A DNA stretch of 64,000 bases from an uncultured virus (IMG/VR IMGVR_UViG_3300021559_000316). Taxonomy: Duplodnaviria; Heunggongvirae; Uroviricota; Caudoviricetes. The notes beneath the pieces are model-generated. The model worked only from the letters and a program-made list of their open reading frames with translations, was not told where the DNA came from and did no database searches. The stretch is taken from IMG/VR virus record IMGVR_UViG_3300021559_000316. The stretch is one strand, 5' to 3'. This document shows positions 9,121 to 17,902 of this stretch, one piece after another. Numbering within the stretch: the stretch's first letter is position 1; every line of letters begins with the position of its first letter. A program made the translations under genes and the position numbers.

Positions 9121-9822
9121 TCACTTGCGAGCGCGGCGAGCGCTGCGCGACAGCCCAAGGCGGTGAAGCTCAGCGCGGTACGCGCTCATGCCGCCCGAGA
9201 TCTGGACCCAGCCGTTCGCGCCATCCAGAACCTGCGCGTAGCCGCCCGAGAGCACCTGAAACGGCGAGGTCTGCGAACCGCAGAAGTCGTACTTCTCGCC
9301 GGGCTGTCCCGTCGGCGCGAAGTTCGCCCGCGTGTTGAAGTCAGAGACCGCGACCGGCTGGCCGTTGACGATCTTGTTGTACGAGATCGCCTCGACCTGA
9401 TCGCAGATCTCCTTGGCGGCGATGCGGCCGTCGGGCAGCTGCACGCACTCGGTGAGATCGGGATCGACGCGCGCTTCGAGCGCCTCGTGCGAGAGGCAGC
9501 TCGATAGCGACACGCCGTTGCCGAGCGCGAGCTTCACGAACACGTGGAGGATCGGCGTGCCGTCGGGCTTGCGACCGTGGATCGCCAGCGCGCCTTGCTC
9601 GTCGGCCGGCGCGTCGTTGTGGAATTGGCACTCCACTTCGCCTGGTAGCGCCGTGGCGCCGTCCGCACGGAACGTGTCGCCCTCGCCCGCGCCCCACTCG
9701 GGCGCGAAGTCATCGCGCATCTGCGCTTGCAACGCAGCGGCGATCAACTCGGCGCCCGCCTGATCGAGATCGGTGACGTCCGGATCGATCACGAGCGTGT
9801 GGCTGACGGTCCCCGGCGTCAC
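9121..9822 (-). CDS. putative zinc metallopeptidase-like protein
   Basis: GALAIH...SHEALEARVDP...KEICDQVE; GTGA overlap start. Confidence 0.55.
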   Translation of the reverse strand: MTPGTVSHTLVIDPDVTDLDQAGAELIAAALQAQMRDDFAPEWGAGEGDTFRADGATALPGEVECQFHNDAPADEQGALAIHGRKPDGTPILHVFVKLALGNGVSLSSCLSHEALEARVDPDLTECVQLPDGRIAAKEICDQVEAISYNKIVNGQPVAVSDFNTRANFAPTGQPGEKYDFCGSQTSPFQVLSGGYAQVLDGANGWVQISGGMSAYRAELHRLGLSRSARRARK

Positions 9823-10136
9823 TTGCTGGCTCCGTGCTTCGCGAGCATCTCGCGCGCACGTAGAACGACGACCGGCGCCTCGCCGGTGGCCGCCGAGCCC
9901 GAGCCCGTGCTCGCTGGCGCTGTCGCCGCGATCGCCTGCAGCGCGCACGTCACGACGGTCGGCCCGAGCTTGGTGACCGCGTCGGAGACGAGCTGCGCGT
10001 AGTTCGCTTGCGCGAGGTCAGCGAGCAAGATCGCCTCGACCCCGGTGTCGAGCACGCACTGGCCGGTCTTGAGCGTCACCTGGCCCGCCCGCGTGTTGCA
10101 GCTGATGAGGATCACGACGAGGACGAGACGCTTCAC
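9819..10136 (-). CDS. putative lipoprotein (spanin-like position)
   Basis: MKRLVLVVILISC signal/lipobox; follows the holin-like gene. Confidence 0.55.
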   Translation of the reverse strand: MKRLVLVVILISCNTRAGQVTLKTGQCVLDTGVEAILLADLAQANYAQLVSDAVTKLGPTVVTCALQAIAATAPASTGSGSAATGEAPVVVLRAREMLAKHGASK

Positions 10137-10390
10137 TTGACCACCTCCGGTCCCGTCGGAGCCTTCGGCGGCGCGGCGGCGGCGGTGTTGCCCTTGCCGC
10201 CGGTGCCGAACGAGGACAGCCCACCGTGGATCGCCGACGCACCGGCGTAGATGCCGAACGCCCACGTGGCGAAGCTCGTCCACTGGTCGACCGTCATCTT
10301 GCCGAGCGCGGTGAGCACCGTCGCCGCGATGATGAGGCCCACGAACACGAGGCCCTTTTCGTCTCCGAGCAGATTCTTGAAAACGTCCAT
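10133..10390 (-). CDS. holin-like two-TM protein
   Basis: two hydrophobic helices; leaderless promoter GTGATAGCGT-N7-ATG. Confidence 0.6.
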   Translation of the reverse strand: MDVFKNLLGDEKGLVFVGLIIAATVLTALGKMTVDQWTSFATWAFGIYAGASAIHGGLSSFGTGGKGNTAAAAPPKAPTGPEVVK

Positions 10391-10403
10391 GCCGGGAACG
10401 CTA

Positions 10404-11384
10404 TCACGAAGATCGCGAACGCACCGTGTCTTCAATGATCGTCGCCAGATCACTGCGTGTCGGCTTCCAGCTCAGATGTGCGAAAGCTCGATCGGCGCTG
10501 GCGAACAAGGTTGGTGGATCACCGGCGCGCCGCTGACCGAACGCGTGTGGGACGTTGAGCCCGAGCTTGTGCATCGCTCCGAGCACCTCACACACGGTGT
10601 AGCCGCGGCCGGTACCTAAGTTCATCGCACCGAGCGAACGCCCGGCGTCGAGCGCATCGAGCGCCAGGATATGCGCGTCGACGAGGTCGCACACGTGGAT
10701 GTAGTCGCGAACGGCGGTGCCGTCCCGCGTTGGGTAGTCCGAACCGAAGATCGTCAGCGGCGGCCTGCGGCCGAGCGCCGCGTCGACGGCCAGCGGGATG
10801 AGGTGCGTCTCGGGCTCGTGGTCCTCGCACAGCGAACCGTCGGGATGCGCGCCCGCCGCGTTGAAGTAGCGAAGCGCGCCCCACATGATCCCGTACGCAT
10901 TACCGTAGCTCACGAGCGCGTGCTCGATCGCGAGCTTGGTCGCGCCGTACGGATTGATCGGCCGCTGTGGTGCGGTCTCTCGGATCGGTATGATGTCAGG
11001 GACGCCGTAGACGGCGGCCGTTGACGAGAACAAGAATCGCTTGATCCCGCACTCGCGCGCGCTGTCGAGCAGCGCCAACGTGCACATCACGTTGCTCTCG
11101 TAGTAGAGCGCCGGGTTCTCGACCGATTCGCCGACGCAGATCTTGCCAGCGAAGTGCACGATCGACGTGACGCCGCGTGCTTTGATGACGTCGATGACGA
11201 ACATGCGCTCAGCGACGTCACCGCGGACGCGTGCGATCTCTTTCGGCAGCTGAGGCCAGCCGGGAGCACCCGATAGATCATCGAGCACGATCACTTCGCT
11301 GCCGGCCTCGTGAGCCGCACGCGCGAAGTGAGAGCCGATGAAGCCGGCCCCTCCGGTCACGAGGATGACGTCGCGAGCGTTCAT
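10404..11384 (-). CDS. galE: UDP-glucose 4-epimerase
   Basis: VTGGAGFIGSH, VGESV, FSSTAAVYG, YGATK, LRYFNAAGA, ETHLIP, DGTAVRDYIHV. Confidence 0.92.
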   Translation of the reverse strand: MNARDVILVTGGAGFIGSHFARAAHEAGSEVIVLDDLSGAPGWPQLPKEIARVRGDVAERMFVIDVIKARGVTSIVHFAGKICVGESVENPALYYESNVMCTLALLDSARECGIKRFLFSSTAAVYGVPDIIPIRETAPQRPINPYGATKLAIEHALVSYGNAYGIMWGALRYFNAAGAHPDGSLCEDHEPETHLIPLAVDAALGRRPPLTIFGSDYPTRDGTAVRDYIHVCDLVDAHILALDALDAGRSLGAMNLGTGRGYTVCEVLGAMHKLGLNVPHAFGQRRAGDPPTLFASADRAFAHLSWKPTRSDLATIIEDTVRSRSS

Positions 11385-11989
11385 CAGGGCGGGATGTTCG
11401 TGTCGAACTGACTGACGATGCGTGGCACGACGGCGTAGCTCTTCACGAGCGGGAACACCTCACGCGCGAGCTGGATGTCGATCGGCGCCCAGCATTTGCG
11501 CAGCGTCTTGAGCACGAGCGGCACCGTGCCGCGCCGGATCACGTACGCGTGCGTGCACATCTGCTCTTTCGTCTCCCACACGTCGCCCACGACGTGCTGG
11601 CGTGCGCGGCCAGCCAAACAGCAATGCCCGAGGTGCAAGAACGAGTAGTCCGACGGCACGTCGTGCATCGCCTGGGCCCACTTGTCCATGAAGCCTTCTT
11701 CGAGCTGCGCATCGTCTTCGAGCACGAGGTACGCGTCGTCGGTCATCCGCGTCATCGCGTTCCACAGCATGTAGTGCGACAGCCAACAGCCGGTCGGCTT
11801 GGCGCCCATGCGGAAGCCCGAGCCCGGGTGATCGACTTCGTATGGATGCCACGTAGCAAGCCCGGCGACCGGCGCGTTGATTCCCCAGAAGAACGAGACG
11901 TCGGTCAGGCCGCGCTCTGCGAAATGCGCCTTGGCCTTCTCGATCTTGTCGGGGTACTCGGGCAAGCAGATGCAGATCGCATGCATCAC
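11384..11989 (-). CDS. glycosyltransferase family 25
   Basis: GCWLSHYMLW...LVLEDD...THAYVI...PID. Confidence 0.8.
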   Translation of the reverse strand: MMHAICICLPEYPDKIEKAKAHFAERGLTDVSFFWGINAPVAGLATWHPYEVDHPGSGFRMGAKPTGCWLSHYMLWNAMTRMTDDAYLVLEDDAQLEEGFMDKWAQAMHDVPSDYSFLHLGHCCLAGRARQHVVGDVWETKEQMCTHAYVIRRGTVPLVLKTLRKCWAPIDIQLAREVFPLVKSYAVVPRIVSQFDTNIPP

Positions 11990-12681
11990 ATCACCGTCTG
12001 ACTGCCTTCGGGCTTGTAGGCCGCCACCGCCGCGTCGGCGAGCTGTCGAGCGACGCCGATCACGCCATCGATGAACTCGCGATCGACGCGCGTGGTCGGC
12101 GAGCCGGGCGCGGCGATCGGCTTGCGCGCGATCCCGCAGTGGCCCTTCATCGAGTAGGTCATGCCGTGCCGCGAGCAGAACACCTCCCACGCGCGGTGCG
12201 GCGGCGTGCCCCACGTGATGTCGTCGGACATGATGAGCCCGCCGCCGCGCACGAAGTTCCACGCGACCTCGTACTCGAACGTCTGGCACCACACCTCGTG
12301 GTCACTGTCGTGGAGGAACACGTCCCACGGGCCGGTGTGCTCGTAGACGAACGGCAGGGCCGTGATCGAGAGCTGCTTGAGCTTGCTCCATCTGGGATGG
12401 CTGGTCTCGAACACGCCGTAGGCGGGGCCGGGATCGATCGAGTAGAGAAGCCCGTGGCCGGGGATGCCGATCTCGTCGAGCGTCGCGAGGATGCGATCGC
12501 TGGAGATGCCCCACGATACGCCGGTCTCGACGATGATCCGCGGCGAGCCGCCGTCGCGGCATTCGCCGAGCAGGATCTCGCGAAGATGATCCTGGTAGTG
12601 GTTGGGCGCGTTGTAGTAGTGCGCGACGCGCGTCGCGTGTTCGGGGATCTGTTCGTGCATCGCTGCGAGTAGACCGGCCAT
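11986..12681 (-). CDS. class I SAM methyltransferase (Methyltransf_24-like)
   Basis: IVETGVSWGISS...LYSID...FLHDSDH...GGLIMSDD. Confidence 0.85.
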   Translation of the reverse strand: MAGLLAAMHEQIPEHATRVAHYYNAPNHYQDHLREILLGECRDGGSPRIIVETGVSWGISSDRILATLDEIGIPGHGLLYSIDPGPAYGVFETSHPRWSKLKQLSITALPFVYEHTGPWDVFLHDSDHEVWCQTFEYEVAWNFVRGGGLIMSDDITWGTPPHRAWEVFCSRHGMTYSMKGHCGIARKPIAAPGSPTTRVDREFIDGVIGVARQLADAAVAAYKPEGSQTVM

Positions 12682-12684
12682 GAT

Positions 12685-13443
12685 TCATTCCTCTCGTCGT
12701 CCGTTGAACGGTTCGGTGTAGATCTCGAAGTTGGGCATCCCGCCCCACTTCATCACGTAGCGTCTCCGGTTGGCTTCGAGGCGCTCGTAGAACCACGCGA
12801 GCTTCTCGTCCGACCAGCCCTGGTAGCCGCGACCGTCTTCGTGCCTCCAGCCGTGGCGGATCCCCGTCGAGTAGATCGCGCGCCCGAACGACGGACGAGC
12901 CACCTCGTGGAACTCCCAGTCGGCACGCGGCACCCCGGCGAGCTTCATCCGATAGCGGTAGTCGGCGTCCTCGAAGTAGGCTGGGTGGAACTTGTCATCG
13001 AACAGGCCCACCTTCTGCCGGATCTCGGGGTCCCAGCGGAAGCAGCCGAACGCGTGCGCACAGACCATCGACGGCGCCGGATCGGCGAACATCTTCTCGA
13101 ACGTGACGGGCGAGACCGCGCAGTCAGCGTTGAGCAGCACGACGTGATCGATCCCGTCGTTCTGCGCAATCTCGACAGCGCGATTCCACCCACCGGCGCA
13201 ACCGAGGTTCGCTTGCGGGCGAACAAGTTCAATGTCGATATTACCGAGTCCCGGCGGGATGTCGTCTAGAACATCGAACGCGATCTCGCCGTTGTCGACG
13301 ATGACGATGAGCGCTGGCTTGAGCGTGCTGCGAGCGATCGATTCGATCGTCTCGTCGACGATCTCACGCGGCTCGTTGCAGCGCGGGAAGCCGACGGCAA
13401 AGATCGCTCCATCACGACCGACCGGTAAGGGGCCAACCTTCAT
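12685..13443 (-). CDS. glycosyltransferase family 2
   Basis: IVIVDNG, NLGCAGGWN, LLNAD, VGLFDDKF..YFEDADY..R. Confidence 0.85.
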   Translation of the reverse strand: MKVGPLPVGRDGAIFAVGFPRCNEPREIVDETIESIARSTLKPALIVIVDNGEIAFDVLDDIPPGLGNIDIELVRPQANLGCAGGWNRAVEIAQNDGIDHVVLLNADCAVSPVTFEKMFADPAPSMVCAHAFGCFRWDPEIRQKVGLFDDKFHPAYFEDADYRYRMKLAGVPRADWEFHEVARPSFGRAIYSTGIRHGWRHEDGRGYQGWSDEKLAWFYERLEANRRRYVMKWGGMPNFEIYTEPFNGRREE

Positions 13444-14312
13444 CCGATTGGCTTCCAGCGGTAGTAGTCACGACGATCGCGAGCGTAGCTCTCGATCATC
13501 TTGTTCCACGTCGGTGGTGGAAGGACGCACGAGTACGACCGGAACTTGGTTCCGTTGAGGCTGCGGTCGCATTTGAAGTCGTAGTCGGGAAGGATCTGCG
13601 CCTTGAGCCCGAGCGCATCGCGCACCCTGCAAAGCAGCTCGTACTTGGAGATCTTGTCGCTCGCGACGTGCCACAAGCCTCCGGTGATGTTGTTCTCGAT
13701 GGACCGCAAGATCGCCCACGAGAGCGCTTCGGTCGTGAGCCCGGTGAAGATCGCTTGCGTGTAGCCGCGGACCGTATCGTTCCCGTGCGCGATGAACCAA
13801 TCGAGCAGGGACACGTCGGAGAACAGTGACGTACCGACGATCGACGTTCGCAACGTGATCGCGCCGAGCTGATATGGCTCGCCGAGAGCCTTCGTACGAC
13901 CGTAGAGATCCGTCGCATCGGGTGTGTCGCCTTCGGTGTAGTTGCCGGCCTCGCCGTCGAACACGCAATCGGTGCTGATGTGAATCAGCTTGGCGCCGAC
14001 CTCGTTGCACAGCCTCGCGAGCCGGTGCGGGAACCGGCTGTTCACGCTGAGCATCGCCTCTGGGTCCTTTGCCAGCTGCTTGATGATGCCGATGCAGTTG
14101 ACGACCCACGTCGGCTTGATGACGTGCAGTGCGTTCCTGACCGAATCGAAGTTCAACGCGTCGACCTGGAAGCAGCTCCTCTCGTCGCCGAACAGATCGT
14201 CGATGACGCGCGAGCGCGATCGAAACGTCACGTACGTCTCGACCGCGGGCGCCAGCGTCCTGTAGAGCTGGTGCCCGAGCATCCCACTGCCGCCGAGGAT
14301 CAGAACCTTCAT
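13440..14312 (-). CDS. rmlD: dTDP-4-dehydrorhamnose reductase-like SDR
   Basis: ILGGSGMLGH, VVNCIG, HISTDCVFDG, YGRTK, LRTSI. Confidence 0.85.
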   Translation of the reverse strand: MKVLILGGSGMLGHQLYRTLAPAVETYVTFRSRSRVIDDLFGDERSCFQVDALNFDSVRNALHVIKPTWVVNCIGIIKQLAKDPEAMLSVNSRFPHRLARLCNEVGAKLIHISTDCVFDGEAGNYTEGDTPDATDLYGRTKALGEPYQLGAITLRTSIVGTSLFSDVSLLDWFIAHGNDTVRGYTQAIFTGLTTEALSWAILRSIENNITGGLWHVASDKISKYELLCRVRDALGLKAQILPDYDFKCDRSLNGTKFRSYSCVLPPPTWNKMIESYARDRRDYYRWKPIG

Positions 14313-15076
14313 CGCTTGTCGAGAAACCAGGTCGACTGCAGGTTCCAGCCCATCGTGTCGCGCCACGAAGGGTTGATCTCGCGCTGCATCTGGAAGAGGT
14401 ACATGAGGTCCCAGCGAATGGTGAGATTCTTCGACTGGAAGAACCGCTCCCAGTAGCGCCAGCCGCGCACGTTGACGTGGCCGGCGATCGCGGTGGTCTC
14501 GAACTCCTTGGGGACCTCGGCGCCCTTCTTCAGCACGAACTCGTGCGTGTCGTCGGGAAACGCCGTCGCGACGCAGAAGAACAGCGACTTGCGCGCCTTG
14601 CCGACCATCCAGTCGAACGTGGAGCTGAGATCCTCTTCGTAGAGGTGCTCCAGAAGATCAGTCGCGATCACGTTGCTGAACGTCGCGGGGAAGACCTTGC
14701 CGCCGTGGCGAGCGGCGAGCTGCTTCGGCGCCGCCGAGATGTCGGTGAGTGCAACACGGCTGCGAACGTCTTGCACGCAGTTGTCGACCGCGTGCTCCGA
14801 GATGTCGACGCCATACGCATCGAAGCCGCGGCGCAGAAGCCTCGCGGTGAGCCCGCCGCCACCACAACCGATGTCGAGCAGCGATCCGGCCGGCAGGATC
14901 TTGGCGAGCGTCGCCGAGATCATCTCCCAGCCTTCCCAGTCGAGCGACGGCCCGTAGTACGTCTTCAGCTCGCCGCTTCCGTCGTGATACTGCTTCTGGT
15001 GCTGCCAGTACCGCGAGTCGTAGTGATCGGCGTAGTCGATTCGCACGAACCGGACGCTAGCACGCCGGTACGGCAT
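14309..15076 (-). CDS. class I SAM methyltransferase
   Basis: LLDIGCGGG...AYGVDIS...LLEH; start uncertain. Confidence 0.85.
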   Translation of the reverse strand: MPYRRASVRFVRIDYADHYDSRYWQHQKQYHDGSGELKTYYGPSLDWEGWEMISATLAKILPAGSLLDIGCGGGGLTARLLRRGFDAYGVDISEHAVDNCVQDVRSRVALTDISAAPKQLAARHGGKVFPATFSNVIATDLLEHLYEEDLSSTFDWMVGKARKSLFFCVATAFPDDTHEFVLKKGAEVPKEFETTAIAGHVNVRGWRYWERFFQSKNLTIRWDLMYLFQMQREINPSWRDTMGWNLQSTWFLDKR

Positions 15077-15225
15077 TCGATTTCGTTGGGATGCTCAGCG
15101 ACCCAGATCGCGTCCATCAGCTCGCACAGCGCGCGATCGATCTTCTCCTCCTGTGTGATCGGCATGAGCCGCGTCCTATCGCACGAGTTGCGGCAGCCGT
15201 TCAAGCGGAGCTAGAGTCGATCATC

Positions 15226-15594
15226 GTGAGCGCTTACATTCCGGATCTTCGGCGCACGAACGTCGTGCTCGTCGTCTGGGCCATGCACGGCTGCGGGCCG
15301 TGCAACACGTACCTGCCGCAGTTCATGGAGCGCGTCGAGGCGCACGCTGCCGCGGGCGCGCCGTTTCGTGTGTGGTCGCCCGGCCAGCCGATCAAGCCCG
15401 GAGAGATCCCGGTCCTGTTCTACGACGCAGCCTCCAAGGACGACGGGCTGCAAGACTTCGCCGATCGGCTCGGCGTCGCGGCGACGCCGACGACGTACAT
15501 GCTCACGCGCACGGACACGGTCAAGCTCGAAGGCGCCAAGTCACCCGACGAGATCGATCGCTTGCTGGAATCCGCGCAGCGCGCGAACCGCTAG
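15226..15594 (+). CDS. thioredoxin-fold protein
   Basis: WAMHGCGPC...LGVAATPT (cis-Pro)...LEGA. Confidence 0.75.
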   Translation: MSAYIPDLRRTNVVLVVWAMHGCGPCNTYLPQFMERVEAHAAAGAPFRVWSPGQPIKPGEIPVLFYDAASKDDGLQDFADRLGVAATPTTYMLTRTDTVKLEGAKSPDEIDRLLESAQRANR

Positions 15595-16142
15595 CAGCGA
15601 CCGGCGGCGATCGCCGTCGCGACGGCCGTGCCGACCGCGCCGAGGACCGCGAGCGCCTTGGTCACCCACTGGTGGCGCGCGACGCTCTTCTTGATCTCAC
15701 CGGTCTTGTACTCTTTCTGGACCTCGATCTCGGCTTCGGCCTGCGCACGATGGACCGAGACCTTGGCGTCGAAGGTGACGTCGTCTCGAACGGCGTCGCG
15801 CCTGGCGAGATCGACGAGGATCTGAACGTTGCCGTCGAGCCCGTCGAGCTTGCCTTCGATCCGGCCAAGCTTGCCTTCGTGGTCGCTGAGCTTGGAGATC
15901 ACGACGTCGTGCTTGTCTTCGAGCCGCGTCAGCCGCTCCTCGGGCGGGCGCGTGCTACGGAGCGACTTCAGCTCATCGCCCGCGTGCCTCCCGGTGATCT
16001 CGTCGACGTCGAACTCCCCGCTGGGGACGGCGTCGCGCTTCATCTTGGCCTTGGCTCCTTCGAGGTCGCGATCGGTTTGCGTCTGGAACCGTCTCCTACG
16101 CGGGCGATGCTCGGAAGGCGTGTCGTCGTCATCGCTCGACAT
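15591..16142 (-). CDS. coiled-coil protein with C-terminal TM helix
   Basis: heptad RLTRLE/RIEGKLD; hydrophobic tail; leaderless TAGGAT-N6-ATG. Confidence 0.7.
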   Translation of the reverse strand: MSSDDDDTPSEHRPRRRRFQTQTDRDLEGAKAKMKRDAVPSGEFDVDEITGRHAGDELKSLRSTRPPEERLTRLEDKHDVVISKLSDHEGKLGRIEGKLDGLDGNVQILVDLARRDAVRDDVTFDAKVSVHRAQAEAEIEVQKEYKTGEIKKSVARHQWVTKALAVLGAVGTAVATAIAAGRC

Positions 16143-16208
16143 CCACAGATCCTAACGCGCCTGCCGACTTCGTCGACAGGCGCAGATCTACGGGAACCTG
16201 CGACGAGA

Positions 16209-16361
16209 CTACAGGTTCGACTTCATGCAGCGGCCGAACTCCTTACCGGAGGTCGGCCCTTCGCGGAAGCACGCGCGAGCGACCGCACCGAAGTGCGACT
16301 GCCAGGCGCTCTTGCCCTTGCCGGTACGACGACGAGCTTTCCTCTTGCGACGACGCGCCAT
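16209..16361 (-). CDS. 50-aa highly basic protein (candidate DNA-condensing core protein); not in ORF track
   Basis: MARRRKRKARRRTGKGKSAWQSHF...; GAGGAG SD. Confidence 0.65.
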   Translation of the reverse strand: MARRRKRKARRRTGKGKSAWQSHFGAVARACFREGPTSGKEFGRCMKSNL

Positions 16362-16377
16362 GACGATCTTCTCCTCG

Positions 16378-16470
16378 TTAGCGCTTGATCGGCTTGACCG
16401 GCTTGACCGGTCGAACGGGCCGCGTGCAGCAGCCCGATGCGACCGGATTGGTCTGGACGTTCGCGCTCAC
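16378..16470 (-). CDS. 30-aa basic peptide with PV(R/K) repeats; not in ORF track
   Basis: MSANVQTNPVASGCCTRPVRPVKPVKPIKR; TGGTACTGT-N7-GTG leaderless promoter. Confidence 0.45.
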   Translation of the reverse strand: MSANVQTNPVASGCCTRPVRPVKPVKPIKR

Positions 16471-16505
16471 GCCCACGACAGTACCACAAGAAAAGCTTGC
16501 CTGGA

Positions 16506-17192
16506 TCAAGCAGGCTGGGCCGCGAACAGCCACCGTCCGAAGTACATCGCGCCCACCAGACCACCGATCGCGGCGAGCCCGACGAGCACGATCTCGGTGG
16601 GGGTCAGCGCGTAGCCGCTGAGGAACGAAGGCAGGCTCACGAATCCAGCGCCGTACGCGCCGTTCGCCGCTGCAACATCTATCCAGTGGTTGCCGGCTGC
16701 ACCGCTCGACGAGACGAACTCGTCCCAGTTAGCGGGCCCACGGCCGAGCGAACTCGTCGCCGCGGTGAGCCAGCTATCGAAAGCACCGAGGCCAGCGGAG
16801 AATTGCACACGCACGGCCGCCCAGAAATCGGCGGTGCCCTCGTCCCAATCGACGCCGACGGCTTGCAGCTGTGCGTGCGTGCGGGACTTGAGCGCCTTGA
16901 TGTAGTCGACGCCGCTCGACACCGCGAGCAAGCGATCGTCGGCGGATCCGCTGACGTCGCGACCGTTCTGGCAGCCGACGAGCAGCTGATCTTGCGTGAC
17001 GCCGGCCATGTTCGCGTTACCGGGATCGAGCTGGAACAGCCCGACCTCGGGGAAGCCAGCGCTCGTCGTGACGTTGCAGCGGTTGCCGCCGGACTCGCTG
17101 CGCATCCAGTCGAGCGCGTAATCGGTGGGGACCTCCCCCGAAAACTGATCTTGGATCGCGCGCCACTGCTCGACGGAATCGCTGAACGCCAT
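16506..17192 (-). CDS. membrane-anchored lytic transglycosylase/lysozyme-like protein
   Basis: ESGGN catalytic motif and GLFQ; C-terminal TM helix. Confidence 0.7.
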   Translation of the reverse strand: MAFSDSVEQWRAIQDQFSGEVPTDYALDWMRSESGGNRCNVTTSAGFPEVGLFQLDPGNANMAGVTQDQLLVGCQNGRDVSGSADDRLLAVSSGVDYIKALKSRTHAQLQAVGVDWDEGTADFWAAVRVQFSAGLGAFDSWLTAATSSLGRGPANWDEFVSSSGAAGNHWIDVAAANGAYGAGFVSLPSFLSGYALTPTEIVLVGLAAIGGLVGAMYFGRWLFAAQPA

Positions 17193-17239
17193 CGAGCAGA
17201 GCGTACCGCAAGCTCGAAGGCTTATGATAGTTTCAAGCC

Positions 17240-17746
17240 ATGGCCTGCGCGAACCAAGACGTCGCTACGATGCAGACAGCCGCCAATCGCTTCGGCACCC
17301 ACATGTTCTCCGATGCTAAGGCGATCGCCGTCGACTGCAGCGTGGGCCCCAACACGTGGGACTTGGCCATGTCGTCCCTCGTGGAGATCACGCCCGGCAC
17401 GACGGATCAGGTCGACGACGCCACCCAGGCCGCAGCGCAGATTCTCTACGACAGCATCAACTCGTACAGCGATCTGACTAACGCCGCGTCCGACGTCGCG
17501 AACCTCTTGAACAACGCCTCCGATCAGCTCGGCTTCGGCGCCGCGCCTCAGCCGCCGGTCATCCAGCCGCCACGCAGCGGCCTCAAGACAAACAGGCCAG
17601 GCGGCCTACCGCCAGGCTTTCGAGCGAAGACGGCGGCAACGAGCCTGTTTGGCTTGGGGTTGCCGGCGCCCGTGGTGTACATCGCCGGGGCCGCGCTCGG
17701 CATCGGAATCACCGCCCTGGTCGTCGCACGTCTGAAGAAGCGCTAG
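17240..17746 (+). CDS. membrane protein with degenerate peptidoglycan-binding-like motif
   Basis: IAVDCSVGPNTW resembles the PG-binding VDG.VGP.T motif; C-terminal TM + RLKKR. Confidence 0.6.
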   Translation: MACANQDVATMQTAANRFGTHMFSDAKAIAVDCSVGPNTWDLAMSSLVEITPGTTDQVDDATQAAAQILYDSINSYSDLTNAASDVANLLNNASDQLGFGAAPQPPVIQPPRSGLKTNRPGGLPPGFRAKTAATSLFGLGLPAPVVYIAGAALGIGITALVVARLKKR

Positions 17747-17752
17747 CTCACC

Positions 17753-17902
17753 GTGACCACCGTTCTCAAGAACGTCGTCAGCTTCTCGAACCTCGTCGTC
17801 GGGGTTCCGAGCAGCTTGCCGCACCTTCTGAACGTGAGTGGCATCGCCGTACAGCCCGATCTCATCGCGAAGAGCTTGGCTGGCGTGCTGAGTCGATCAT
17901 GA
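17753..17902 (+). pseudogene. 49-aa truncated duplicate of the N-terminus of 17899-19263
   Basis: MTTVLKNVVSFSNLVVGVPSSLPHLLNVSGIAVQPDLIAKS vs MTTVLKNVLAFHGLAVGVPASQPHLLNVIGVAVIPDIVAKS. Confidence 0.65.

Noticed and set aside
10404..15076. Host O-antigen/capsule locus
   Set aside because: No flippase, polymerase, ABC exporter or initiating transferase; genes are interleaved with lysis and virion genes.
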